Assembly: GCA_041395205.1 (NCBI GenBank)
Contig: JAWLAZ010000002.1
Coordinates: forward strand, 589,686 to 653,685
DNA length: 64,000 bases
DNA from: a bacterium
GTDB lineage: Bacteria > 4484-113 > JAFGCY01
Direction of reading: 5' to 3'
Shown here: piece after piece, positions 38,457 through 47,175 of the stretch
Layout of the letters: the number at the start of each line of letters is the position of its first letter
Numbering within the stretch: the stretch's first letter is position 1
Program-made: the position numbers and the translations under genes
Notes under the pieces: model-generated
Told to the model about the DNA's origin: nothing
Database searches by the model: none
Seen by the model: only the letters and a program-made list of their open reading frames with translations

Positions 38457-39290
38457 GTGCGCGGTCCCATCAGTCTTTATCAAGCTGATTATTCGGAAGA
38501 GGTTTTACTAGTGCTAGAGCATATCGACCGTCGGCTCGCGCAATTCTGCGATCCTGTCCGGGAAAACATCTACACCCGCGACCGGACTGCGTGCGACCAG
38601 ATTCTCACTGAGGCCTGGCGCTGGCTGTCGCAGCAGAAGATTTCCTCTGACGAACTGCAGGCCATGAAGATGGTGCTGCACTTCCTGGAGTTCCAGGTCA
38701 GCGATGCCTTCACCGAGGACAAGGACCAGCAGCGCCAGCAGATCCTCTATGTGCTGCGCAGCATGAGTGAGCCGATCATCGACCCGCTCTCCTCCGTGAT
38801 GCAGGCCCGGATCCTCCTGACCCTGCGCTGCTGGGCACACCGCTCCTACGACGTGCGGCTCTCGCTCAAGCAGTTCCAGCAGTGGTTCAACATGATTCCC
38901 GAGATCGACATCGATTCCAAGTGCTGGAACTACATCTCGTTCTGGGCCTTTGATACGCGCGCCGATGACTACCTGAAGGCCGCCTACCGCTACTTCCTCA
39001 CCAGTCCGCTGGACTTCATGGTGGACTTCAGCCGCCAGCGCCTGAAGGTGATGGTCGGGCTGATCGAGGGTACCTGCAAGGTGCGCGACGTGGAGCGCCT
39101 GATCGAGCTGATGCCGCACTACTACCACATCCGCTGGTTCATGAAGAACATCATCCCGTTCTGCAAGCGCCTGCAGCTCTGGACCCCCGCGCTCGAGGGG
39201 GCCTTCAGCGTCAAGAGCCGCGAGCTGATGGAATCGCCGCAGGTCCCGCCGCGCACCGTGCCGCAGGGCCGCAAGATCCTCAACTTCTGA
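38457..39290 (+). CDS. hypothetical protein, tandem paralog 1
   Basis: 277-aa ORF; the true start may be the GTG at ~38511 (VLEHIDRRLAQFCD). Shares conserved blocks with the next gene: CWAH, NYISFWAF, YRYFL, FMVDFSRQR.KVM, LIELM, and a terminal K-I-x-L-N-F. Confidence 0.55.
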   Translation: MRGPISLYQADYSEEVLLVLEHIDRRLAQFCDPVRENIYTRDRTACDQILTEAWRWLSQQKISSDELQAMKMVLHFLEFQVSDAFTEDKDQQRQQILYVLRSMSEPIIDPLSSVMQARILLTLRCWAHRSYDVRLSLKQFQQWFNMIPEIDIDSKCWNYISFWAFDTRADDYLKAAYRYFLTSPLDFMVDFSRQRLKVMVGLIEGTCKVRDVERLIELMPHYYHIRWFMKNIIPFCKRLQLWTPALEGAFSVKSRELMESPQVPPRTVPQGRKILNF

Positions 39291-39347
39291 AGCCGGGCGC
39301 AGGCGTCCTCGGCTAGAATCTTTGCACCCCGTTCCCGGCTGGCAGGC

Positions 39348-40149
39348 ATGATCCAACACCTCGACAACTGGCTGGCGCAGTACCGCACCCCCTTCTGGGA
39401 GGCGATCTATCTTGACAACAACGCGGCCTGCCAGGCCAGCCTGCAGCAGGCGCGCGATGCGCTGGCGAATGCGCCCTTCAGCGAGGATGAGCGCCAGGCG
39501 CTGGGGGTCTACGTCGACTTCATGCAGTACCAGCTCAAGCACTACTTCGCTGCCAACGCCATGCAGCGCGCCGAGCTGGCCCGCGGGCAGATCGTCAGCA
39601 TCAGCATGGCCAGCCGCGGCCCGCTGGCAACGGTGATGGAGGCCCGCTGCAGCCTGACCCAGCGCTGCTGGGCACACGCGATGCACGGGATCGGGATCCC
39701 GCGCGGGCATGTTGACAGGTTCTTCGGGCAGGTCCCCGAGGAGGACCGCGACCACCAGTTGATGAACTACCTCTCCTTCTGGGCCTTCGCGATGCGGGAC
39801 CTGGACTACATGGAGCAGAGCTACCGCTACTTCCTGCTGGTGCCGGTGGAGTTCATGGTGGACTTCAGCCGCCAGCGCGTGAAGGTGATGCAGGCCGCGC
39901 TGCGCCTGGAGCTGGAACGCCACGACCTGCTGCGCCTGATCGAACTGATGCATCCGCCGCCAACTGATGCCGCACCGTATGCATGCCGCCTGGTTCGAGA
40001 AGCTGCTGCTGCCGGTGCTGGAGGAAAAGAAGCTGATCAGCGAATCAACGATCGCGGCCTTCGAGCAGAAGCGCAGCGAACTGCTGGCCCGCCCGCCGGC
40101 GGTGCCGCCGCGCAGCCAGAGCCCGGGGAAGATCTCGCTGAACTTCTAG
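39348..40149 (+). pseudogene. tandem paralog 2, disrupted by a 19-nt insertion/duplication (frameshift)
   Basis: Frame 1 is paralog-like up to LIELM (39949). The conserved C-terminus MPHRMHAAWFEKLL...PGKISLNF continues in another frame (39967-40149). Between them lies a duplicated AACTGATGC (39943-39951 and 39962-39970) with a 10-nt spacer, a 19-nt period. Confidence 0.5.
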
Positions 40150-40380
<231 letters not shown>

Positions 40381-40383
40381 TCT

Positions 40384-41241
40384 TCAGCTCAGTCCGACGA
40401 GGCCGGCGACGTAGCTCTGGCGGCTGCTGTGCTTGAGCGCCACCGCGATCAGCGCGGCCTTCAGCACCTCCGTCCAGTGCGAGCCGAGCACGCTCATGTG
40501 CTCAGCGCGGCCGCCCGGCAGGGGCTCGCCGAAGCGCTCGAAGAACACCGCCATGTGCATCACGATCTGCGGATTGACGATGTGCGAGGAGGTCAGCACG
40601 CGGTCCAGCCTTGTGTAGGGGATCTCGAGCACGCTGTTCTCGCCCCAGATGCTGCTGGCTTCACGGTCCCGGCGCACGAGGATCAGGCGGCGGTCGGTGA
40701 TGCAGAGAGCGCGGCCGTTCTTGCCGCTCAGTTCATGGCGGATCTGCTCGTCATCCTCGAGCATGAAGTTCACCTTGCGGCCGAGCTCCTCGGGCAGCTC
40801 ACTGCGGGTGCGCGCCGCCGGGAGGTCGATCAGCAGGCGGTCCTCCTGCAGCTGGATCTGGTACTGCAGCTCGAGGATCAGCTGGAAGGCGGTGTCGATG
40901 GCGTCGTTCTCACCGAACCACTCGGCGAAGACCTGGCCCTGGGCATTCGTCAGCTTGAGCTTGAAGCCGCTGGGACGCGTACCGTTGATGTAGTGGGGGC
41001 AGAGGTCGTCAATCTCGAGACCGCAGATTTCCCTGAGGCTGATCTCACGCACGCGGATGGAGCGCTTGAGAAAGTTCGAGCGCATACTGAGGTCTAGTAA
41101 CCTCTGGTCCGTCAGAGCGAGAGCCTGGCTCTGCGTCACCAGCACATCATGCAGGAGGAGTTCTCCTTCCTGCAGCTGGTCCTTGATCGCCTTCCCAAAT
41201 ACTCCCGATGACTGACTAGTCCTGTTATTCCAGGGAGCCAT
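40384..41241 (-). CDS. hypothetical cytoplasmic protein
   Basis: 285-aa ORF with no signal peptide. An AT-rich promoter-like region lies upstream at 41242-41360. Confidence 0.5.
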   Translation of the reverse strand: MAPWNNRTSQSSGVFGKAIKDQLQEGELLLHDVLVTQSQALALTDQRLLDLSMRSNFLKRSIRVREISLREICGLEIDDLCPHYINGTRPSGFKLKLTNAQGQVFAEWFGENDAIDTAFQLILELQYQIQLQEDRLLIDLPAARTRSELPEELGRKVNFMLEDDEQIRHELSGKNGRALCITDRRLILVRRDREASSIWGENSVLEIPYTRLDRVLTSSHIVNPQIVMHMAVFFERFGEPLPGGRAEHMSVLGSHWTEVLKAALIAVALKHSSRQSYVAGLVGLS

Positions 41242-41363
41242 CCACTAACAGTTTACACAATTAACCTTTCCTTTACAAATAATAAAAAATAAATCCAGCT
41301 AAAATAGGCAAATCTACACTGACTGTCGGTTAAATTCCCATCAAATTGCTACATTTCGCACAT

Positions 41364-41951
41364 TCAGAGCAGGGATATTCCGGCTTTTTCCAGCATCTGC
41401 GCCGTTCTGACCAACGGCAAACCGACGATATTCGGGTAATCGCCACTGATCCGCTCGACGAGCAGGCTGCCCAGATCCTGGATGGCGTAGGCACCGGCCT
41501 TGTCCCAGGGCCGGGCCCGATCAAGGTAGCGCTGCAGAGCTTCCTGCGGCAGCTCACGGAAGCGGACCTCCGTCCGCTCCAGCTCCTGCAGGCAGAGCCC
41601 ATCTGCGCTGCGCTGCAGCACGACGGCGGTGGCAACGTGGTGCACGCGGCCGCTGAGCAGGCTCAGCATGCGCAGGGCATCCGTCGGATCGGCGGGCTTG
41701 CCGAGGCGGTGCTCGTCGAGCAGCACCATGGTGTCGGCACTGAGCACGAGGCTCTCCGGGTTGGCGAGGCTGACCGGCCGGCCCTTGCGCCGCGCCAGCT
41801 CCAGCATGCGTGCCGGGAAGTCGCCGATGGAGGCTTCCGCGAGCACGGCGTCCTCATCGAGCTCCGGGCCGGTTTCCACTGAGTAAGTGACGCCGATGCT
41901 GTCCAGCAGGGCACGACGGCGCGGGGACTGTGAGGCGAGGATCAGCTGCAT
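41364..41951 (-). CDS. maf: Maf-like nucleoside-triphosphate pyrophosphatase (septum formation protein Maf)
   Basis: From MQLILASQSPRRRALLDSIGV, the canonical Maf N-terminus. The longer ORF to 42209 would overlap the nucleotidyltransferase gene and is rejected. Confidence 0.8.
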   Translation of the reverse strand: MQLILASQSPRRRALLDSIGVTYSVETGPELDEDAVLAEASIGDFPARMLELARRKGRPVSLANPESLVLSADTMVLLDEHRLGKPADPTDALRMLSLLSGRVHHVATAVVLQRSADGLCLQELERTEVRFRELPQEALQRYLDRARPWDKAGAYAIQDLGSLLVERISGDYPNIVGLPLVRTAQMLEKAGISLL

Positions 41952-41991
41952 CCGGGGGATTCTAGCGGCTGCTGCAATGTAAGATTGAGCA

Positions 41992-42714
41992 ATGGCGCAT
42001 ACAGTCAAGGGCATCATCCTCGCCGGCGGCACGGGCAGCCGGCTCTTCCCGCTCACACGCGTGACCAACAAGCACCTGCTGCCGGTCGGGCGCAAGCCGA
42101 TGATCTTCCACCCGATCGAGAAGCTGATCGAGGCCGGCGTGCAGGACATCCTGATAGTGACCGGCACCGAGCACATGGGGGCGGTGGTCGGCCTCCTGGG
42201 CAGCGGCAAGGACTACGGCTGCCGCTTCACCTACAAGGTGCAGGATGAAGCGGGCGGGATCGCCCAGGCGCTCGGGCTGGCGCGCAACTTCGTCGGCAGC
42301 GACCGGATGTGCGTGATCCTCGGTGACAACATCTTCGAGGACCCGATCACGGATGCCGTGCGCGAGTTCAGCGAGGCAGCGGCAGGCAGTGCGCGGCTGA
42401 TGCTGAAGCCCGTGGATGACCCGCAGCGCTTCGGCGTTGCCACCGTCGAGGGTGACAGGATCACGAAGATCGTGGAGAAGCCGGCGGAACCGGAGAGCAA
42501 CCTGGCGGTGATCGGCGTGTACATGTATGACAACGGCGTGTTCGACGTGATCTCGACGCTGAAGCCCTCGGGGCGTGGCGAGCTGGAGATCAGCGATGTC
42601 AACCAGCACTACGTCGAACAGGGCATGGTGAGTTACAGCGTGCTCAGTGGCTGGTGGACGGACGCCGGCACCTTTGAAAGCCTCGCCCAGGCTAACCGGC
42701 TCGTGGGGGAATAG
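41992..42714 (+). CDS. sugar-phosphate nucleotidyltransferase (RmlA-like, short form)
   Basis: GIILAGGTGSRLFPLT...NKHLLPV...KPMIFHP N-terminal signature of glucose-1-phosphate thymidylyl/uridylyltransferases. 240 aa. Confidence 0.75.
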   Translation: MAHTVKGIILAGGTGSRLFPLTRVTNKHLLPVGRKPMIFHPIEKLIEAGVQDILIVTGTEHMGAVVGLLGSGKDYGCRFTYKVQDEAGGIAQALGLARNFVGSDRMCVILGDNIFEDPITDAVREFSEAAAGSARLMLKPVDDPQRFGVATVEGDRITKIVEKPAEPESNLAVIGVYMYDNGVFDVISTLKPSGRGELEISDVNQHYVEQGMVSYSVLSGWWTDAGTFESLAQANRLVGE

Positions 42715-43200
42715 GAGCTACCCGCTTAAGCGGGGAGGCAACGGGGGTCGGGTTTCGGGTTTCGGTGATCGGCAGATAGGCTCGCATGCGCTCGGGTTGG
42801 CAACGGGGACGACTCGGGCGGAGCGGAAGATTATCCATCAGAGCGATTCCTGGGCTGGCTGAGCACGCAATGGAATATGGCGGGCGTGAACGCCCTTCCA
42901 CCGCTAGCAGGGCGTTTACGCCCCGGAAATGAGAGTGGCATCTGCATTTCCAACACGACCCCCGGAATCAGCAGAAGGACCGGCGCCGCCCCGCGGCGAT
43001 TGGGAGATGGCGCAGCAAGCTGCTAGTGTCCATCCAATACGAGGAAGCACCGGCGCTGGGACAGTCTATTCCTGCGAACTGACCGTTCGCAGTCCGGCGG
43101 GCTGAATGCCCGCGCTCCGCGCCGAGCTGGCGCTCGACCTCCCCGCCTGGCTTGCGCCAGACCTCCGTGGGCGGGAAATAATCCGCTGCTGTTTTCCGAA
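42715..43200. repeat. REP hairpin cluster (type-1 and type-2 units)
   Basis: GACCGGCGCCGCCCCGCGGCGATTGGGAG at 42981, and CCGAGCTGGCGCTCGACCTCCCCGCCTGGCTTGCGCCAGACCTCC at 43120-43170. Confidence 0.6.
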
Positions 43201-43277
43201 CAACGGGGGCAGTGCAGCGTCTGGATTATTACCAGTTCGACGATACAGGTTTTCACGACACAGCAACTCCTGACCTG

Positions 43278-43313
43278 GTGAACCCCGCGACGCATCGGGG
43301 TTCACTTTTTTTC
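43278..43313 (+). terminator. strong orphan rho-independent terminator (10-bp stem, T7)
   Basis: GTGAACCCCG-cgacgcat-CGGGGTTCAC followed by TTTTTTT. No protein-coding gene lies upstream on this strand for >500 nt. Confidence 0.6.
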
Positions 43314-43464
43314 TTAGCCCGGAAAGTGTTCCCCCCAAAAAGACCAGAAACAGTTCCCCTATTTCTTAGAACAAATCCGCAGCGGGGGTGGTCTCTCTAA
43401 TTACCAGTTCACATTGGCAGTCTTCAGAAACCGCAAGGGAGTTCTGATTTGACAGCGATGTAAG

Positions 43465-43498
43465 AGGCGCCGATTCAGCCCGGCGCCTTTTCCTTTTC
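43465..43498 (+). terminator. second orphan rho-independent terminator
   Basis: AGGCGCCG-attcagc-CCGGCGCC followed by TTTTCCTTTT. Confidence 0.5.
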
Positions 43499-43499
43499 T

Positions 43500-43900
43500 A
43501 GTTGCCCGCTCATGCAAGCATTCGCGGGTCTGCAATGCAGCTCAAAGCAAAGCTTCTCGCTGATTGCCCCTGCAGGAGATGTTTCGTTTGGGAGATGTAA
43601 CTTCAGCGCGACCCGGACGGCTTTGCCGGCCGCAGCGCCAGACCAGATTCTGTTTCCATCTCGTGCAATCCCGCCTTTGGCGGGACTCGATGGTCTGCAA
43701 TACAGCTCAAAGCAAAGCTTCTCGCTGATTGCGCGATGCGTCTTCAGGTGCTCAATTGCCAGACTGACATCTGGCCTCCTGTAACTTCAGCGCGACCCGG
43801 ACGGCTTTGCCGGCCGCAGCGCCAGACCAGTGAACCTTCAGGTGAACTGGAAACAAAATGCGATGGACCGCGGCAGGCAGCCCATCGCAACACACACACA
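43500..43900. repeat. type-3 repeat pair (two ~165-bp direct units)
   Basis: GGTCTGCAATGCAGCTCAAAGCAAAGCTTCTCGCTGATTGC at 43525 and again at 43690. GTAACTTCAGCGCGACCCGGACGGCTTTGCCGGCCGCAGCGCCAGACCAG at 43600 and again at 43780. TTGCCCGCTCATGCAAGCATTCGCGGGTCTG at 43503 recurs inverted at 60140. Confidence 0.7.
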
Positions 43901-43934
43901 CTGCGCCGGAGGATCTACCTCCGGCTGTTGTCAT

Positions 43935-44960
43935 CTAGATGTCGTCGTCAGCGAGGATCTCATCCTCGTCCTCGAAGTCCTCATCATCCACGTCCGGCAC
44001 CGGCACGCCGAGATCCGCTTCCGCCTCTGAGCGCTGGCCATTGGCCCTGAGGTCGATCCCGTCACGGCGCTTCCACTCGATCAGGAAGGCCGCCACGTTC
44101 TGGCTCAGATGGATGCTCACCCCGCGCGGGTTGTCATCCCAGTCGCTGCTCTCCGCCACACCGTCGCGCAGCTCCATCCCGTACTTCTCCAGGTTGAGCT
44201 TGGAGAGGCTGCCCGTGGCCTCGAGCCGCAGGGCGTAGTCCTCGGGGATGTGCAGCGTGATGCTGCCGGCGTTGTTGCGCACGTCCATCTCCACGCGGTC
44301 CTCGCGCCTGCCGAGCAGCAGCACCATGTTGCCGGCCTGGTTGTCAATCTCCAGGTCCTTCACATCGAGTTCGCTCAGATCGAAGTGCGCATCCGCCGCC
44401 GCATTGTGCAGGCTGGCGACGTAGGCCACGTCCGGATTGAGCTTCAGGCCGCTGCGCCCGATGCTGTGCTTGAGCGTGACATCGGCCTTGCCGCCCTTCA
44501 CGTCGCTGAGGATCACCGGCTCCGTGGGGGTGTTCTTGACCTTGCCCTGGATCAGCGGGCTGCCGCTTTCACCGCCCTTGACCTTGACGCGCCCGGCGCG
44601 GATGTCGAGCGTGAGGTTGCAGCGCTTGATGCCATCCGGGATCTCGACCTTGACGGGGAAGTCCCTGAGCTCCGTGTAGCGTGCGGCCTTGCTGCGCTTG
44701 TACTGGCGCTGGGTGCGGCGGAAGGTGTCAACGAGCGAGTTCTGGAACTCCACCGCGACCTCGCCGAGATTCTCCAGGTTGATCTTCGGCAGCTTGATGT
44801 TCGGCACATCGAAGCGCGTGCCGGCACTGCCGGCGGCTCCGCTGCGGCTGCTTTCGCGGCTTTCCGAATCCTGCAGGGCGTTGATCAGCTTCAGCCCCTC
44901 CTCGGGGGTCAGCCGGCCTTCCTGCACCATTTCCAGGATCTTGATCTTCTCTCTGCTCAT
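43935..44960 (-). CDS. DUF4097-like (putative adhesin / LiaG-like beta-helix) protein with an N-terminal SHOCT-like helix
   Basis: Start at MSREKIKILEMVQEGRLTPEEGLKLINAL (the internal M of ORF 43935-45014). Repetitive beta-strand segments are typical of DUF4097. Acidic C-terminal tail. Confidence 0.5.
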   Translation of the reverse strand: MSREKIKILEMVQEGRLTPEEGLKLINALQDSESRESSRSGAAGSAGTRFDVPNIKLPKINLENLGEVAVEFQNSLVDTFRRTQRQYKRSKAARYTELRDFPVKVEIPDGIKRCNLTLDIRAGRVKVKGGESGSPLIQGKVKNTPTEPVILSDVKGGKADVTLKHSIGRSGLKLNPDVAYVASLHNAAADAHFDLSELDVKDLEIDNQAGNMVLLLGRREDRVEMDVRNNAGSITLHIPEDYALRLEATGSLSKLNLEKYGMELRDGVAESSDWDDNPRGVSIHLSQNVAAFLIEWKRRDGIDLRANGQRSEAEADLGVPVPDVDDEDFEDEDEILADDDI

Positions 44961-44979
44961 GTTGTCCTCTCCAATTGAT

Positions 44980-45213
44980 CTATGCCGCGGCAGCCAGCCT
45001 GTCGACCGGAACACTGCGCTTCATCCACAGCAGGCAGGAGCCCCGCTGGGTGTCACCCAGCATCCGTGAGACGCTCTGCAGTTCCGCTGCCTCCAGCGGC
45101 TGCCAGCCCTGCCTGCGCAGGGTACTGATCAATTCACCCAGTTGTCCCAGCTCCACGTCCGAGACATCACGAAACATGTATTCCACACTGAACCGCATCG
45201 TTTCCCTTCCCAC
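44980..45213 (-). CDS. small hypothetical protein between the DUF2089 and DUF4097 genes
   Basis: 77-aa ORF located between the two genes; no motif recognised. Confidence 0.3.
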   Translation of the reverse strand: MGRETMRFSVEYMFRDVSDVELGQLGELISTLRRQGWQPLEAAELQSVSRMLGDTQRGSCLLWMKRSVPVDRLAAAA

Positions 45214-45225
45214 TGACGCCCGGCG

Positions 45226-45645
45226 TCAGTCCCTGAGGCGGCTCTCGGCCTCCTCGACCGTAAGCTCACCCCGCTCCAGGGCCGCGAGGATCTCCTCACG
45301 GCTTTCATGATCATCTTCATCTGCAGCGGCGGCCGCCGCCTCACCGGCGTAGGCCCCGCCATCCATCCCGAGGCTGGCCAGAAGCTGGTCAAGCCGGCCG
45401 CGGACCGTCGGATAGCTGATGTTCAGCACCGACTCAACCTCCTTCAGGTTGCCGCGGCAGGACAGGAAGGTCCGCAGGAACTCCAGCTTGTCCTGGGGCA
45501 GGCGGGCGAACTCATTGGCCATGAATACGCCGTTGAGCTCGGTGTCGCACTCATTGCAACGCAGGTGCGTGACGCTGAGCTGCCCGCTGCACACGGGACA
45601 TTCGGAAATCAGCCTGTTGGCCTTCTTGTTGTTTCTGAACATCAC
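45226..45645 (-). CDS. DUF2089-family protein (zinc ribbon plus HTH, SHOCT-like C-terminus)
   Basis: CPVCSGQL...CNECDTEL zinc ribbon, an HTH-like LKEVESVLNISYPTVRGRLDQL segment, and a C-terminal ILAALERGELTVEEAESRL. Confidence 0.55.
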   Translation of the reverse strand: MMFRNNKKANRLISECPVCSGQLSVTHLRCNECDTELNGVFMANEFARLPQDKLEFLRTFLSCRGNLKEVESVLNISYPTVRGRLDQLLASLGMDGGAYAGEAAAAAADEDDHESREEILAALERGELTVEEAESRLRD

Positions 45646-46110
45646 ATCAGCATAGTAACAAGCATTTTCAACTATGTCAAGATCATTTTTGAAAATATTG
45701 AGGTTGATCTTTCGAATTAGCTTCAGGTAAGTAAGAAATGCGCAGTTTTTCTGAGATTGGACTTCAGATGTGGAAAGGAGGAAGAGGAAGATATGGGAGG
45801 GAGAGGAGAGAGAAGATCAACCACAGGGAGCACGGAGAACACGGAATCAGAAGCAGAATGAGAATCAGCAGAGGGGACGGCGGCAATTGGGAGGGGCTCT
45901 TGCGGAGTGCCACTTTCATTTCCCGGGCGTAAACGCCCTGCTACTGGTGGAAGGGTGTGGCAGTTGCATATTCCTTCAGGAGGTAACTTAATGGAGAAGG
46001 ACCGGCGCCGCCCTGCGGCGATTGGGAGGGGCTCTTGCAACCCCTTTGGAACCATCAAAACAAAGAAGGACCGGCGCCGCCTGGCGGCGATTGGTAGATG
46101 GCGTTACGAT

Positions 46111-46599
46111 TCAAGCTCCACCAGTCCGCCGAAGTTCATCCAGATGCGGATTGTAGAGAATGTACTGGCGAATGCGGTTCAGGGATACTTCGCTGTTCAC
46201 GATCTTCTCGTGGAATCCGTTCTGCCAGATTGCCAGTCCAGGATTTCCCGTTGTCAGGCGCGCTTCCTTCGTCACGGCCCCCTTGAATGAATTGATCACG
46301 GTTCCCAGCTTGGGTGGCCGTTCAGCATCAGCACCGTGGTGCTCTAGAAGCAGCAGGGCATGCAAGTGATTCGGCATGATTCTGTAAAGGTCATTGCTGA
46401 CATTGCTGTAAACCTGATTGTTGCGTTGCCAGATTTCATCGGCAATCCTGCCAAGCATGCTCAGTTCCACGGTGTTCTGCTGTCCGATCCTGCCGAAGAG
46501 ATTCCTGTTGCCAGCAGTGCAGATGGTGACGAAGTAGTAGCCGGGGGTGGAGTAATCATATCCGGCAAGACGATTGGAGTTTCTTTTGGGAACCAACAT
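46111..46599 (-). CDS. REP-associated tyrosine transposase (RAYT, IS200/IS605-like Y1 HUH), copy 1
   Basis: From MLVPKRNSNR. HUH motif IMPNHLHALL, catalytic-Tyr motif IRQYILYNP, and YYFVTICTAG near the N-terminus. The longer ORF to 46806 reads through the adjacent REP array and is rejected. Confidence 0.7.
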   Translation of the reverse strand: MLVPKRNSNRLAGYDYSTPGYYFVTICTAGNRNLFGRIGQQNTVELSMLGRIADEIWQRNNQVYSNVSNDLYRIMPNHLHALLLLEHHGADAERPPKLGTVINSFKGAVTKEARLTTGNPGLAIWQNGFHEKIVNSEVSLNRIRQYILYNPHLDELRRTGGA

Positions 46600-47010
46600 A
46601 TGGCAATAATAGGGCAATTTGTGGCACTCCGCAACTATGCCTCCCAATCGCCGCGGGGCGGCGCCGGTCCTTTGCTCGTCTCGATGGATCCTGCATCTCT
46701 TTGCTGCGCCATCTCCCAGTCGCCGCGGGGCGGCGCCGGTCCTGCCTCGTGTTGGATGGACTCTAACCGGTGGCTGCATTACCTCCCAATTGCCGCGGGG
46801 CGGCACCGGTCCTGCCTCGTGTTGGATGGACTCTAGCCGGTTGCTGCATTACCTCCCAATCGCCGCGGGGCGGCGCCGGTCCTGCCTCGTGTTGGATGGA
46901 CTCTAGCCGGTTGCTGCATTGCCTACCAATCGCCGCGGGGCGGCGCCGGTCCTTCCTCGTGTTGGATGGACTCTAACCGGTGGCTGCATTACCTCCCAAT
47001 TGCCGCGGGG
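46600..47010. repeat. tandem array of five ~76-bp REP units adjacent to RAYT copy 1
   Basis: Unit CCTCCCAATCGCCGCGGGGCGGCGCCGGTCCTGCCTCGTGTTGGATGGACTCTAGCCGGTTGCTGCATTA repeated 5 times with few substitutions. The core CGCCGC-GGG-GCGGCG is a hairpin. Inverted copies occur at 42981, 45995 and 46065. Confidence 0.8.
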
Positions 47011-47027
47011 CGGCACCGCTACCCTCC

Positions 47028-47110
47028 CTGACCACTGACTTCTGACCATTGACCACTGACTTCTGACCACGGACCACTGACCACTGACCACTGACCACTG
47101 ACCACTGATT
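47028..47110. repeat. (CTGACCA)n heptamer tandem array
   Basis: About 11 tandem heptamers of the CTGACCA/CTGACTT type, between the REP array and the divergently transcribed 47176 gene. Confidence 0.7.
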
Positions 47111-47175
47111 ACCCTCCACTGTTTTGCGGCAATTGCTGCTATCTACATTAATTCATTCTGAATAATGGCCTATTA

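Noticed and set aside
41952-42209. N-terminal extension of the maf ORF (full ORF 41364-42209)
   Set aside because: The extension overlaps the RmlA-like gene on the opposite strand. The canonical Maf N-terminus MQLILASQSPRRRAL begins at the internal ATG (41951).
46600-46806. N-terminal extension of RAYT copy 1 (full ORF 46111-46806)
   Set aside because: The extension reads straight through the REP tandem array (PRRLGG... repeated). The conserved RAYT fold starts at the internal Met (46599).
46600-47010. Five evenly spaced ~76-bp repeats that could be mistaken for a CRISPR array
   Set aside because: The entire 76-bp unit, including what would be the spacer, is repeated near-identically. There are no unique spacers and no cas genes. 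The unit core is the REP hairpin found dispersed and inverted elsewhere, and the adjacent gene is a RAYT transposase.
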